From positions 2,026,616 to 2,090,615 of the forward strand of contig MU004186.1 of NCBI GenBank assembly GCA_010093605.1: DNA of 64,000 nucleotides. Direction: 5' to 3'. This document shows positions 1 to 13,200 of the stretch, piece after piece. Positions within the stretch are counted from its first letter, which is position 1. Each line of letters opens with the position of its first letter. The translations under genes were made by a program, and so were the position numbers. The DNA is from Lophium mytilinum (Eukaryota). The notes under the pieces are model-generated. The model was not told the DNA's origin and did no database searches. It was given only the letters and a program-made list of their open reading frames with translations.

Positions 1-214
1 ATCCCTTTAGGAGTATCCAAAACTCGGCCAAGATCAATTGAGCTTTGGTCTTGTCTTCGTCCTCCAGCTCATACGTCTCGCCATCCTCAGCTTCATCGTC
101 GGGCTTGGGTAGCAAAGCTGAGTGCTCGTCCGGCTCATCCGAGGATTTGTTAGATTTCCTGAGGAAATTGGGTAGCCATGATTTGGCGCTCGATAAATTA
201 TCTTGACTGTCCAT
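1..214 (-). CDS. MATE (multidrug and toxic compound extrusion) family transporter, N-terminal fragment running off the window
   Basis: ATG at 214 opens MDSQDNLSSAKSWLPNFLRK...DEHSALLPK...LILAEFWILLKG. The 'ExxxLL' leader and 'EFWILLKG(S)' resemble the start of fungal MATE proteins as I remember them. Only ~71 codons are visible. Confidence 0.6.
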   Translation of the reverse strand, partial: MDSQDNLSSAKSWLPNFLRKSNKSSDEPDEHSALLPKPDDEAEDGETYELEDEDKTKAQLILAEFWILLKG

Positions 215-1520
215 CTTGGATCGGGTTGAAGGTGCTGTGAGTATTCAAGAAGGGCATGCAGAGACTAGGAGCTTATGGAAGAATGTTTGGCTGAGGAGAA
301 ACTGATGAGGTGATGAGACAACGAGGAAAAAGTGAAGGAACACAGAGGGTCGAACAAGGCATCTACGCCTGTATCACCCAGGCATCTATGTATAATCGAT
401 GGACAAATGAAGAGAATAGATAAAGAATCAAGGGACGCCGGGGAACACCACATACCAGCCACTCGGAAGCGCACCATGCTCCCATCGGTGACACAGTGGG
501 GATGAGTTGATGGCGTTATGAGATATGCAGGGCGCTCCGATTCAACTGACAACTCACGATCCAGAGAGGTCACTGAGTGGTTAATTGCACGTCGATGTCT
601 TATCTGCGTGCATTCTGGCTGCGTTCTGACGACGTGACTAAAGAGCTGAGCTAACTCTTACGTTTCTAGGCAGCTCTGTTCGAGGCCTCAGCAAACGCAA
701 GCTTGACGTGACGAGGCCGACTTCACAGCGTGCTGATTGGAGGCGCATGGCCTTGCGATAGATGAGAAGTCTACGAGCCAGCAATAGCCGGGGCGCGACG
801 CGAGAAGAGGAAGCTCGCGAGACGATACGGGGTGACAGTTGGCCCACGGTTGATGGCGTAGGACGCAGGACAGCTGGGGCACCCAATTCACAGAAATTTG
901 CCGAACCTTGGCAGCTCCCTGTAAGACTTCACGACCCCAGATGATAACCGCAGCTTGACACTTTGCTTTTGTCACCACCTGCCAAGATACAAGGCGCAAG
1001 GCGTCGCAGTCCGGCCTCCAACCGTAAGGCATACACCAGTTTGGGCACGCCGTCTGTTTTCATTTCGTCTCAATCTATGACGAGGTGCTGAAGCACCACA
1101 AAAGCAGCAAGTACGCTGACTATCAGCTTGGGATGTTTCTCTCATTCAAGCTCTCATAAAACTATATATCTTGCCAAAGCTATCAAGAATATGCCGAGGC
1201 ACCCTCAACGATGATGAGCACATGTGCCCAGACTTTAGACAATGCACTATACAGCTTTGACTGCATAGTGGTCCAGCCGCAGTGCCAGCATCTCGGCTCG
1301 GCTCATCGACGGGGGTAACGTTCCCTGCACGCAAATCTTCGATTAATGTTGCTGTCACAAATCAAGTCCCTATCGCAGCCTTGCTTTTCGCCTGCTATCA
1401 GCAAGCTGGTGTATCTCACTGCGATCTGTGTAGGCAGTCGACAAGGGGTGCTAGGCGTAATTGGAGTGGCGTCTCAGTCACAGCCCTTTAGACTTATACT
1501 CCTGTTTCCCCTTCGTTGCG

Positions 1521-3402
1521 ATGCAGGAGCAGACAATGGACGACCTGACTAATCACGAGAAACCCGATATGGACGAAAAACATGGAGTAGAGGAAGGAGG
1601 TTTAGAGCAAGGCGCCGCCACTGGAACCAATGACTTGCCCATGGTCATGAGAGATGGCATCAAGCTTCACCCACAGCCAACCAGCGATCCTCTCGACCCT
1701 CTGAACTGGGCCCGATGGCGCAAGAATTGCATCCTCGCTATTGTGATGGCACTGTATGTTACCTAATAGCCGCTTCGTATTGTGCACAGTTGACAGGGGC
1801 TAGGTACTTCATGTTTACGTACATCACAACCACAACTGTACCCTCGTTTCCGCAAATCCAGGAACAGTATGGCATCGACCTCGGCCAGGTCAATTGGACC
1901 GTTGCGATACCCGCTTTGGGACTTTCCGTGGGGCCTCTGTTCTGGTCCTCTCTCGCCGACATTTACGGACGCCGTATAATATTTATTATTGGCACAGTCA
2001 TCGCATTTGCGGCTACCATAGGCGCTGCGAAAGCTCAGGTAGGTCTATGAATCCCATTTCATTCTATTTTACTGTAGTAGTTGCATTTCCGCCAGTTCGT
2101 TGTATGAGTTCAGCCAGCCAGATGTATCTATCGGAAAGGTCACGTGCTTCACCCCAGGGCGAAACCACTCTCTCTTGCGCACAGGTTGAATTTTATCGAG
2201 ATAGAAGTCGTGCGCCAGCGAATCCCATTGTTGTGCCCTGCTAACTCTCGCAGGACTACCAAGGCTACATGGCCGCCCGGTTCTTCCAAGGCTTCGGCGT
2301 GAGCCCAGCCGCCACAGTCGGATTAGCCATCATCAACGACATATACTTTGAGTATCAGCGTGGCCTCAAAGTCGGTCTCTGGGTTCTAGCTATTGATATG
2401 GGATTAATCGTGGGCCCTCTAATCGGCGGCTTCATGGACCTCGTCGACCAATACTGGGTCAACTGGCTTACCGCGATCTTCTTTGCCGTCATCCTTGCCG
2501 CTGAAATCGCATTCTTGCCAGAGACACTATATCCCAGGAACCACATGCTCAGGGTAATGCCCTACACCGAAAACTCCGGAGTCGCCGATATCGAGAAGTC
2601 CGAACGCCGCGCCAGCATCGCTACAGACGAATCCCTCCCACGCACCAAGACGCTCACTTTCATCAACGTGAAGCCCGTGCCCGGCATGAAGCACCCAAAG
2701 CCGTGGGATTCCATCCTCCGCTTCGCCCTCACTTTCAAATACCTAACCGTCTTCGCCGCCGTATGGATCTTCTGCTTCGGATGGTACTGGTGGGTGCTCT
2801 CGGTCATCACCTTCATCCCATCCGCCTACATCCAATACTCGCCCCAAATCCAGGGGCTCCTCTTCATCGGCCTAATCCTAGGCACTCTCTTCTCCGAACT
2901 CTTCTTCTCCGGCCGCCTCAGCGACTGGCTAACCCTCAAACTCGCCAAACGCAACAACGGCATCCGCCTCCCAGAAATGCGTCTCTGGCTCGCGTACCCC
3001 GCGGCGCTGCTCTCCGCCATCGGGCTCATCCTCTGGGGCATCAGTATTGACAAAGCCTACCACTGGATCGTCGGGCAGATTGCATTTTTCTTATTCGCAG
3101 CCGGCATCCAGATGGGCAATACCGCCATCGCGAGCTACATCGTGGACTGCTACCCGCTGCAGTCCATGTCCGTAATCACGTTCTACTCTGTGATATTGAA
3201 TCTTTCTGCGTTTGTGAACCCGTTCTTTATCGCGCCGTGGGTGACAGCGCAGGGGTATACGTGGACGTTTGCGGTGCAGGGGATCATCACGTTCTGGTTC
3301 TGTGTGCCGGCGCTGGCGTGCGTGCACTACTTTGGGCCGAAGATGAGGCAGTGGAGTGGGATGCCTGGGTGGGTGAATCCGGAGTATGATACCATTGCTT
3401 AG
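1521..3402 (+). CDS. MFS transporter (DHA1/HOL1-like), 3 exons
   Basis: Exons ~1521(or 1536)-1753, 1804-2038, 2254-3402 with GT-AG introns. Motifs PQPTSDPLDPLNW, MFS motif A (LADIYGRR), LPETLY, GRLSDW, PEMRLW, many hydrophobic helices. Confidence 0.93.
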
Positions 3403-4246
3403 ATGGGGAGATAGAGGCGAGCCGGCGGGATCTGGTTTCGGGATATACATGGGTTCTACAAGCGATATAGATAGGTGATGTAATGGCCAATTCTTGAGCA
3501 TACTAGCAGTTATATCATGATTTGCTCTAGATCTTAAAGTTGTGACTTACCGTTTTAAGACGTTTAGTGTACATGCTTTACATCGTATTGGGAGAAGTGA
3601 ACAGGGTGACTATCACGACACAAGGCATGCATACAACGGCACGCGAGTAATCTAAACCCGTTCTCAGGGGTTAAAACTACAAACAACGCACCAGAACCAC
3701 CATAGAAATCCTCAATCAATGTCATAATCCCGTCTCACCCCACTGCCCGAGCCAGAAACAAGGGAACGACCTGCACTCGTCCCTCCCCTAGACCGAACGG
3801 CAGGAAGTCGAGATGAAAGGACCATTGAAAGGAAGAGAAGCAAAGAAAAGGAAAAAATCACAACCGCATCCGCAACCCTCTCCACGCCGATCCATAGCCC
3901 CTTTTTGCAAACCCATTGCATCTCTCTTCAATCCTCCATTCTCTCTTCTCCCTTCTCCACTCCCAGTTGTAGTTTACAACAAAACACAGGTGCCGCAATG
4001 AACGCCATGATCAATCTCGATCGAAAAAGGGGGGCAAGGTGTGTAGCAGGCGGAGTCCGCTCGAGGCCCCGAAGAGAGATAGGATATAGCGTCCCGCCCA
4101 GGAAATGCCGAAACTGAAAACAACCAAAGCCCATGGATGGCACGAGCCTTCGATATCTCTCCCGACGCCAGCCAATGCAACTGAAAATGAAAATAGACTA
4201 TCGTCAATTCCGTGGAAGAGTTTTGTGTTTGTACAACGAACGGCTT

Positions 4247-7200
4247 TTAGGCGAATCCGAAGTATTCGCTTCCAGCGGTCATAGCAGTGTAGAGTTGTTG
4301 CCGGAGAGCCTCGTACGTTTCGTACTCCGGTAGGTCGAGCTCTGCGTACTTTGTTAGTTTGCAGCTTTAGGAGAAGGATTGAGGTAAGACTTACGGTTGA
4401 AGCATGTGTGCGAGCTCGGCAACCTGTCCTTGCTGCCATAGTCGCGGTGAATGTTGAAGCGGCTGAAGCCATTCATGCCTTCAAGCTCCTTGAACCCGTT
4501 CAAAGGTACCTTGCTAGTTCCTGTAACGAACTGGAGAAGCTTGGCTCGCTCTTCTTTGTCAAAGGATCGCATTGCGCGCCAGAACCACTGGATCTGCGGT
4601 GAGGCGGCAGTGTAGTTGTGGTACTCGGTATTGTTCTTCCAGTCGTCAACATTAATGTCGGGCAGACCAGAAATAAGCAATTCAAGTTCTTGCTCGCTGA
4701 AGATGGAGATGAGTTCGGCCGGAACTATGTCATGGAAACCTAATCGTGCATGTTAGCAAACGTCTACTGCTTGAATCTCAGATAACGTACCCTTTAAGAA
4801 ATGCTCCAATTGCTCTTGCACGGAGCCTGTGAGGCGTTGTTCGGTGACAAGACGAACATATTCGTGCTTATTTTCTTCGGTTACCGGAATATTGCGGCCA
4901 TTTTCGATCAGGTCGACGGTTTGGACTTCGCCGAACTGGTCGATATCAAATGAGAAAGTCTCCGTAATTATGTCGGTGATGTCGTTTTCCAGCATCCAGA
5001 GCAGCGACTTGTAGTACTCAAGGTCTAGGGTCTCCATGTCTTTCAGGCTCACGGACTTGCCCAGAATCTTCTTGTAGACGGCCCTACTGAAATGGCAGTC
5101 AAGAACGCGACCTTCGTAGAGGGCCTTTCCGATGATGCGGCCAATAAACTTGAAGAACAACGCGTGCTCCGGGTTGATAGCGCTGAGACGATTCGGGTGG
5201 AATGTGGTGCGGTCCGAGGCCACAGGAACAAACAAGGCGTAGTCAGGATTGAACATCTGCCGTGAAAGCACTTGGAACCACTCTCGAGTGACTCCTCCAG
5301 CATCAACGCCTTCTTCCCCATGGAAGCGAATGCTCAGCTTTCCGTACTTCATCTCGTCGGCGCTCTTGTAGTAGAGAGATTTGAAGGAGTCGAGGAAGAC
5401 TTGATCACGTCGAACACCAAGCTGGAGCGCTGGATGCGAATGTCGAACCTCCGTGCCACGCGAATGGAGCCGACGATTGAAGTAATTACGCTTGTTGTCG
5501 AACTCGAGGACCTTGGAGTTTTTGACAAGAAGCGAGAAGGAGCCGCTCATGAGCTTGGGGTTTTGGCGGACAAGATCATTCAGTATTTTCCGATGGTCCT
5601 CTGTGAACGTGAAGAATAGGGTCTCCATCCTTGACTCTGGCGGTGGACTGGAGAGCGCAAAATCCTTCGCATGCATTTTGCCGAGAGGCGCATCCTTCAG
5701 CGTTGTGTTCTTGCACACAACCATCAGCACTTCTATCAAGGGCAAGAGTATTGTAGCAATGTTGAGCATGTTTCCTCGTCGGCGGATTGCTGCCAGACAC
5801 TCGCTGAGCTTGTTCCATAGTGGACCAAAAGTTGAGTTTTCATAGAGCGTAGTGAGGATATCATCTTTTTGAGACGACTCCAGTTCTGCCACATTGCTTG
5901 AAGAAGGTTTGTCCTGCATCTCTGCCCGCTTGGGATCGAAGAGATAGTCGAGAGCAGTCAAGACGCGGAGAAGCTTCGCCTGATCAGAGCTGGCAGGTGA
6001 GAAGTTTGATAGCGCCATCCCTTGAACATCGGTGGGCGATTCTGCCTTGGAAATTTGAGCGGTCAGGTCCTCGAGATCTCTAAGAATTGATCGGCCAAGG
6101 CTCTGTGCAATATCGATCAACTCCTTGCCAAATACCTCCTTAGCTCCGGGAATGGGTGACAAATTGTTGATGACGGAAAGCGTATCCTTGAATGTTTTGC
6201 TGCTGCACTCTCGGGCAGCCAGGATCTTAGCGACTAGTTGGAGGTTGTAATCGGGAACGTCTGGAGGCACAAGAGTCCGAGCCTTTTTAGCCTTGTCTTC
6301 CGTATCAGCTGCTCCAGCTACTGTTGCTTGAGGTTCAGATGCTGATGTTTCTCCTTCGCCAGCAGCCTGTACTTCTGGAAGACTGCTAGGCGCCGAAGTC
6401 ATCTCAGTGTCACCAGAGGTTCCAGTCTCGGGCTGAGTGGAAGTGGCAGCTTGGTCCGGTGTCGCTTGAGTTCCAGCTTCATTGTCGCCGTCTTTGTTCT
6501 CCTCGGCTGGCTTCTCCTTGTCCTTCTTTAGCAAGGCCTGGAGCGGTTGAGTGATACTGCACAAAAGAGTGGCCAATTGTTCCATGATGGTTGAGCTCTC
6601 GATGATCAGTTTTCGGTCTAGCAGACTGAGCAGAGCATTTAGAGGATATTTTGTTGCTTTGGTCTCCTTCGCCTTGCCTTTACGGTTTGCCCGACTCTTG
6701 AACCCAGCGGTCTCATGCTCCGACAGGAAGAAGTTCGAAATGTGTGGATTGGTGCCGGTCAAATATACCAGAGTGTTGAGGCACTGTTGGACAACCATGA
6801 GAGGGGACATCTCGGTGTTTGTCGGAAATTGGCCAGTCGAGGATCGCTTTAGCGGCTGCGGGGTCTTTTGCGAGGCGGGCTGCTTAGCACGAAGGGATAG
6901 TTGGGTGAAACTCCGCTCCACTGCGTTGACGTCTGCACTGCCATCTTGCAGAATCGAGAGGAGAATGCTGATGACTTCGGCGCGATTCTGTCGATTTTCG
7001 CAAACACTCTTGAGCACAGAGTTGAGGCTCTGTTTTGAGCTGCCAGTTTGGGGAATGAACATAAGTCGTAGCAGGGTGGCAACTCCAGCTTTGTCCAACA
7101 TTTGAACACAGGGCCGCGCCTTTCTCTTTTGACCTTGCTCGTCGACGTGTGCTCGATCAAGACCAAGGCCACGTGCGCGACGCATTTGAGTATTGAAGGC

Positions 7201-10200
7201 GTCAAGTTGGTTGAGTCGTCGATCACCCCCCAAGGCTCTAGCTTCAATTGCAAATTCGGCTGGTAGCTGGGCCAACATATCCTCATCTTGGTCCATGAGG
7301 ACTGCTTGTCGCAGGCCGGGTTCTAGAGAAGCAAGGAAGCTGGCAGTGTCCATGTCTTCTCCGCGAGCTGCAGCTGCACCGGCGGGTACGGTTCGGCGGC
7401 GCTGCTCTTCTCGTTCTCTCCGACGACGTTCCGCGGCTTCCTGCTGGAGAAGTTCCTCTCGGATGTCAGGCGGCAATGCTTCTAGGAATTCTCGACTAAT
7501 GTCAGTAGGTTCTTCGCCTGCGGCCGCGGCCTGTGAACGCTGCTCCTGGACTTGTTGCATCAGGACCTCCTCTCGGATGTCTTCGGGCAAGGCGTCTAGA
7601 TACTCCATATCAATACCCATGCCAGTTATGTCAAGCTCTCGGCCACGTATGGTTGTCGTGATCCGTGGCGTTGGTTCTGCTGGGCCTGCTTCAGCTACCT
7701 CGGCCGCAGGGACCGGCTGAGTTGCCTCTACACCCTCCATAGGTTGACCATCTACTGCAATTCCAGACGCTTGTTCAGCTTCTCCGACCTCGCCGGCAGG
7801 TTGTTCGGTAGTCTCGGCAGCAGCCGCAGCAGCAGCAGCCGCCGCCTCTTCCGCCTCTGCAGCTGCTTTTGCTTCGGCTTCAGCAGCTTCACGCTCTTCA
7901 CGCTCCTTCTTCTCTCTAGCTTCCTTCTCTTCCTTTTCTTTCTTCTGTTTCGCGGCTTGCTCTGCTGCCTCTTCCTTCAGTCGCTTCGCGGCTTCGAGGG
8001 CAGGCGGAACTAATAGTCGCAGGATCGAGTTGACTACCCGCTGGCTCCTATCTGCAACATTGTTGCCGAATATCATCCGAGCCTCCTCTTGCCAGCGCGT
8101 CATAGTGCCAGCGCGGATGAAAGAAATTGCAAGAGCAGGATCTTCCCGCGATGCTCGAGTGTGTTGGTCATGTGGACGACGCATGTTCCGCGCAAAGCCG
8201 GGATCGATAGGCGGCGGTAGCCCCATGGGCAAGTTTCCGATCGAGAGATGGAACGCACCGTTGTGATGATGCACGGTGCCTGAGTTCATGGCGTTGAGGA
8301 GGTTGCTAATGAAAGACACCGGGCTGTCGCCTCCGAAGATCCTGCCAGGACGGATGGGATCGATAGCGTGAACCCAATCACTCATGCTCTCGGGGCGAGG
8401 TCCGCCGAAATGACCGCCTGGTCCAGATCGACCTGCACGGGAAAGGAGAGGATTGACCCCATCATCGTTGCCGCGTGGAGCAGCTCCAGGCCTATGAGAT
8501 CGATATGTGGGCACTTGATCCTGTCAGTAAGTTGAACGGATAATGTAAGCAACGGACTACTAACCCATGATCCGGTCACCACCTCCAAACATCCAGGGAC
8601 TCAGGCGATGGGCATGGCCTCGTGGGGGGTGCGGAGTAGGCTCAAAGCCCCAGCCCACGTCGGGTACACCGTTGTCTTCGTCATCTAGATATGTTAACTG
8701 TTGTTCGAATACCAGCTCCGAATATGGATACGAACCTTCGCCTTCGGGGTTGTAGATGATGTCTTCATCGTCATACTCTTCCTCGTCGTCATCTTCATCT
8801 GTATGGTGTCAGCTTGTCCACATATCAACTAATAGCAAACACCACGAACCATCTTCATCTGGCATGTCCTCCTCCATGTACTCTTCTGCGGCCATCTCCA
8901 TTGCCATGTCGCCCTCGAGTTGGTCTATGAGGCCGGGGCCACCACGCTCTCCGATGACCTGAATGATCTGGTTAATAGAGGACTGGTGGTCGTGGTCAGC
9001 ATCGTCGTCTGGCCCAAGGAACCCGTCGTGATCATGATCCTCGTCCTCACTTGCCCAGTCGTCTTCTTCCCCGCCGCCAAGGCTGGCATTCTCGTCATCA
9101 CCAGTGATTTCTTCCATATCCTCGATATCGTCGTCGTCGTCGTGCTCATCGTCGTCTTCTGAACCGTCTTCGTCCTCGGTGAGATCGTCGTCGCCCTCTT
9201 CGCCTATGACGACCTCGACGTCCATAGGCATTTCACCAGAAAGTCCTTCCAAGGGGCCCATGCCGTCCATTTCTTCGTCTTCTTCGCTGATGACATCTTC
9301 GTCGTCGTCTGGGCCCATTTCTTCGTCATACTCCATATCGTCGGCGTACTGGTCATCGTAGATTTCGTCGTCGTCCTCATCATCGGAAGAATCGGATTCG
9401 GACTCCATGTTCTGTCCAGGCTCAAACATGCCGAGAGTAGAATTGCGGAAGAGGTCCGGGGTTTCTTCCCGATCTGCCTCGATATCGCTAACGTCCGATG
9501 CAGTTGATATCTCGTCCTCTTCCGTGTTTCCTGGCGTAGATGAGTCCTCGTAAAGAGTACTGAGTTCAACCGCTATCTCTGTTAGAAATTTGAGAGGCCG
9601 CAGTATGTACTTCACTACCCTCTTGGCGTTAGGGAAGTTGAGGTCGATGTCCGCGATAGACGACGTAAGCGTTGAGATGAAGTTCTTTTCATACATGATC
9701 TTGGCCAGTTGCTTCTGAGTTGGTGTGAGTGCACTGGCACTGCCGCCGTTATCGAGTCTCGAAAGGATCATCTTGGAAAAGATGTCAGAGATTGCAAGTA
9801 AGCGAGAGTACTTCATATCCAGTGCTTCATCCGATGTGCAAGCGTCTTTGAACGCTTTGATAGCATGCTCAAGCACAAATTTCCGAACGAAGAGAAGATC
9901 GGACTCGTCCTCAACGTAAGGCGAGAGCTGAAGAGCCTTTGTTATGCCATTCTCTCCGGTTTTGACGCAAAGAGCTACGACAACATTGATAGCGCAGGAC
10001 GAGGTTGCGGAACGCTTCTTGAACGCCAAGTCTTCTCCGTGGTTTAATGTTCCTACTGGAACCAAAGCATTGAGCAAGTAGTTTAGAACACCGGAGCGAG
10101 GTTTGGATGGTGTCATGGCGTGAGGATCAGCCTTGCGTGAGAAGTTGATAAATTCAATTTTCGTACGGTTGTAGCTTGCGAGAAGCTCTGTCAGGCACTG

Positions 10201-13200
10201 GAGAATGAAGCATCGGTAGATGTAGATGGGGTGCGCTTCAGCCTTGAATTCGGTCTTATCTGCCTTCTTCGGTTCAGTTACAGAGTTTGAAGTTGCTGGT
10301 GTAGATGAGCTCGATTCGCCATTTGTCATCTCCACGTCTGTGGTTGCCGGCTTCTTTGCTTTGTCGTCAGGAAATTGAACGGGTATCTCCTTGTCATCCA
10401 CATCCTTGTAAGTCAGCAACTCGCACAGCATGTAATGAATTACGCCGTCCGGATTTTCGACGACGGGAGGTTTCAGGTCCTGAGTTTTCGTCCTCTCTAA
10501 GCCATCTCCTGGCTTCACTTCAGTTGAGGGCTTGATCTTATCAGCGTCTGGAGGGGCATCAGAGCTCGCGGGGTTCTCATTATTTTCGGTGGAAGCAGGT
10601 CCAGCGTTGTCTGTAGTTGGAACGGCAGTCGCCTCCCTCTTTAAGGCCAATGTCTGTGGTCGCTGGTTGGGTTCGAATCGCTGAATCATGAGTTTCTCGT
10701 TCGTCACCTCCACGAAGATTTCAGGAGCGCGAAGGATCAGCTGGTACATCGACCTCACATAAGCTGTGGTATCTGATGTCCTCCGGTCCCGTGACTCGAA
10801 AGCTGACTGAATCTCGCTACGCATGACTTGGCGAATGATTGCTTCGTCCTCGATGATGTGTCGAAGGATCAACATAAAAGCGCTCCTAAGACCGTCATTT
10901 GTGATGCCGGCAAGTTGTCTGACCATGAGGAAGAGCCTCTGAATATTTCGCTTTTCACCAAGACGAATTGCGATCTTACGAGTCCGCGTGAGCATTGCCA
11001 GAACACGGGAAACTGACAACGCCAAAGACTCGTCTTTGCCTATCTGTGGCAATACCTGCATGATGGCATCAAACATCTGGTTCTTCTCGTCAAGAGTCAC
11101 AACGGGCTCGGGAAGTTTCACGATCGACGTGTCTTCCGACGGATTGTCGCTGCTGGGAGGCGTCCACTGTATTTGATGTGGCTGCGCGTCTTCGGCTAAA
11201 AGGCGCTCGATGATGAGAAGCACTTGGCCAATCCAGGGCGAAGATTCCTCCTTGGTATGAGAGGGTGGGATCTTGATGAACTCAAGCAGGATCGAGAAGC
11301 TATCTTTTAATTCTTCAACAGTGGCATCGTAGAAGTCCTTGTCTTGAAGCACAAGTGCGAGCAGATGGGCGGAGGCAGCAATCTTCTTGCCGTTGTCACG
11401 GAAGTCATCGCCGGTCTGCAGCGAGATAAGAGATTGCACCAGTGTAGATCCAATCTCACCACGCAATGCCGTCGGTTCCGTCGCCTTGGATACAGCGGCT
11501 GAAATCAAGTCAGACAGCTCGAAAGTAACGTTATCGTGAACGTTCAGTACATCCAGAGACCGGTCGATCAGGTTCTTTCTTAGCGTAGCGCGTTCGTTGT
11601 CCAGGTCGTCCACCGTGACGACTGAAACCGGCTTTGCATCCTCTCGACCGCTGAGTTTGAGGATGAGATATGGTCCATCCCATTCCGATCCAGTGACTGG
11701 GTGCAATTCCGCTGATTCTGTGATCGGGGTTACTTCAGCTGCCACTGGTGTTTCCTCAGAGGCGTCCGCTACATCTTCCATGGTTACAGAGTTTGTATCT
11801 GGGGCCTCAAAATCGACAGGCGTGCTAGAGTCATCCACGGGCTCCGGTACAACGACTTCAGCCCTCACAGGCGAAGATGAAGCTTCCTTCTTAACCTCAT
11901 AATAAGGCAATGGGTTTCGCGTAGTCCTAAGATCAGTGGCGTGGGCAACGCAGTATTCACGCGCCTTGGTAGCGTCATCAAAACAGCGATAGAGAGCCTC
12001 CGTAGCAAGTGTCTCTGTGTAGCCTAAGTCCTTCAACCGCTGTATACTCTCGGGACGCACTTTGTAAACCCTAAGAGGAATTTTGCTGCGCGTCGGAAGT
12101 TTGTCAGAGCGCTTGTAAGCCCCGTTTTCGGTCTCACCGTCGAGCACAGTCTTCAAGATTGCGACTAAAGTCTTCACAATAGAAGTTGTAGCCTTGTCCA
12201 TGAGATCGGAGTTCCAGATCTTCTGCACTGGTTTGATGACAGCTGCACGAAGTTCAACCACGAACTGATTAGATAAGAAGAAGTCAGGCTTATCTCGGTC
12301 CTTGTCTGGCCGTGATTGCATAGCTGAGGTTTGGGAAGCCTCGTTGATCAGCTTTGAGTTGATAATCTGCTGGTAAAATGCGAGAATGATCTTGACCCCC
12401 CCAAGGGATAGGTTAAGCGCTCCTTGCACGTCATCTTTGGGCTTGTCGTCGCCTTGTGTCGCTATGATAGAAGTAGCCTCATCGTAAAATGACTCAAGAA
12501 TGTCGCCCAGGGCAGCAAAACCCCCCTGGTTCTTGAAACACTGCAAAACAAGTGTCAAAGCCTGGGGATAGCCACGTTCCATGCCGGTGTCGATGAAGAG
12601 TTGAGAGACAGACGTCAGGATGACTATCCAGTAGGCGTAGCGATCCCTCGCGGACTCAGCGTTGGTTGGAACGTCGAAAAGCAACTGATCCATGCCTGCT
12701 TTGGCTAACTGATCTGCTACGATGACATGACCTTGCTTCGGATATGGTTCAATGCCTCGACGGAATAGGAGCAGCTTGCCGAGAGAGGAGAAAAAAGGTG
12801 TGATCGCTGTCGGTACACTGCTCAGAAGATATCGCAGGATTTGAGTATTCTTGAATTGTGCACCGTCTCGATCTCTACGGGGAGCCGCAGAGTCTGTCAT
12901 TCCTTCTGGGAGGTTGCTGTCGTTGGTCGATGCTATCTGGCTGTCGGCAACACCATTCGTAGTCTCGGCTGAGAAAGAGGGTGTGCGGTCATGCGATATA
13001 CGCAAGACGTCATCGGCCTCTTCTGTTCCAAACCCAGAGTTCTTGATACGTGTAGCCTTCTCCCAATCGGATGGCATCTGGTTTTGAAGCAAGATCTCCT
13101 CCCAGACACAACTCCTATGAAGCCGGCCGAGGCTCTCTATCAGGCGCGCGTACATATCAGCAAGGTTGACCTGGGAGAAGACATTGTTCGTAGAGCGATG

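Noticed and set aside
2160..2230. TPP riboswitch in the MFS intron (GCCAGCG-like segment)
   Set aside because: Lacks the CTGAGA and CCTGATC core elements.
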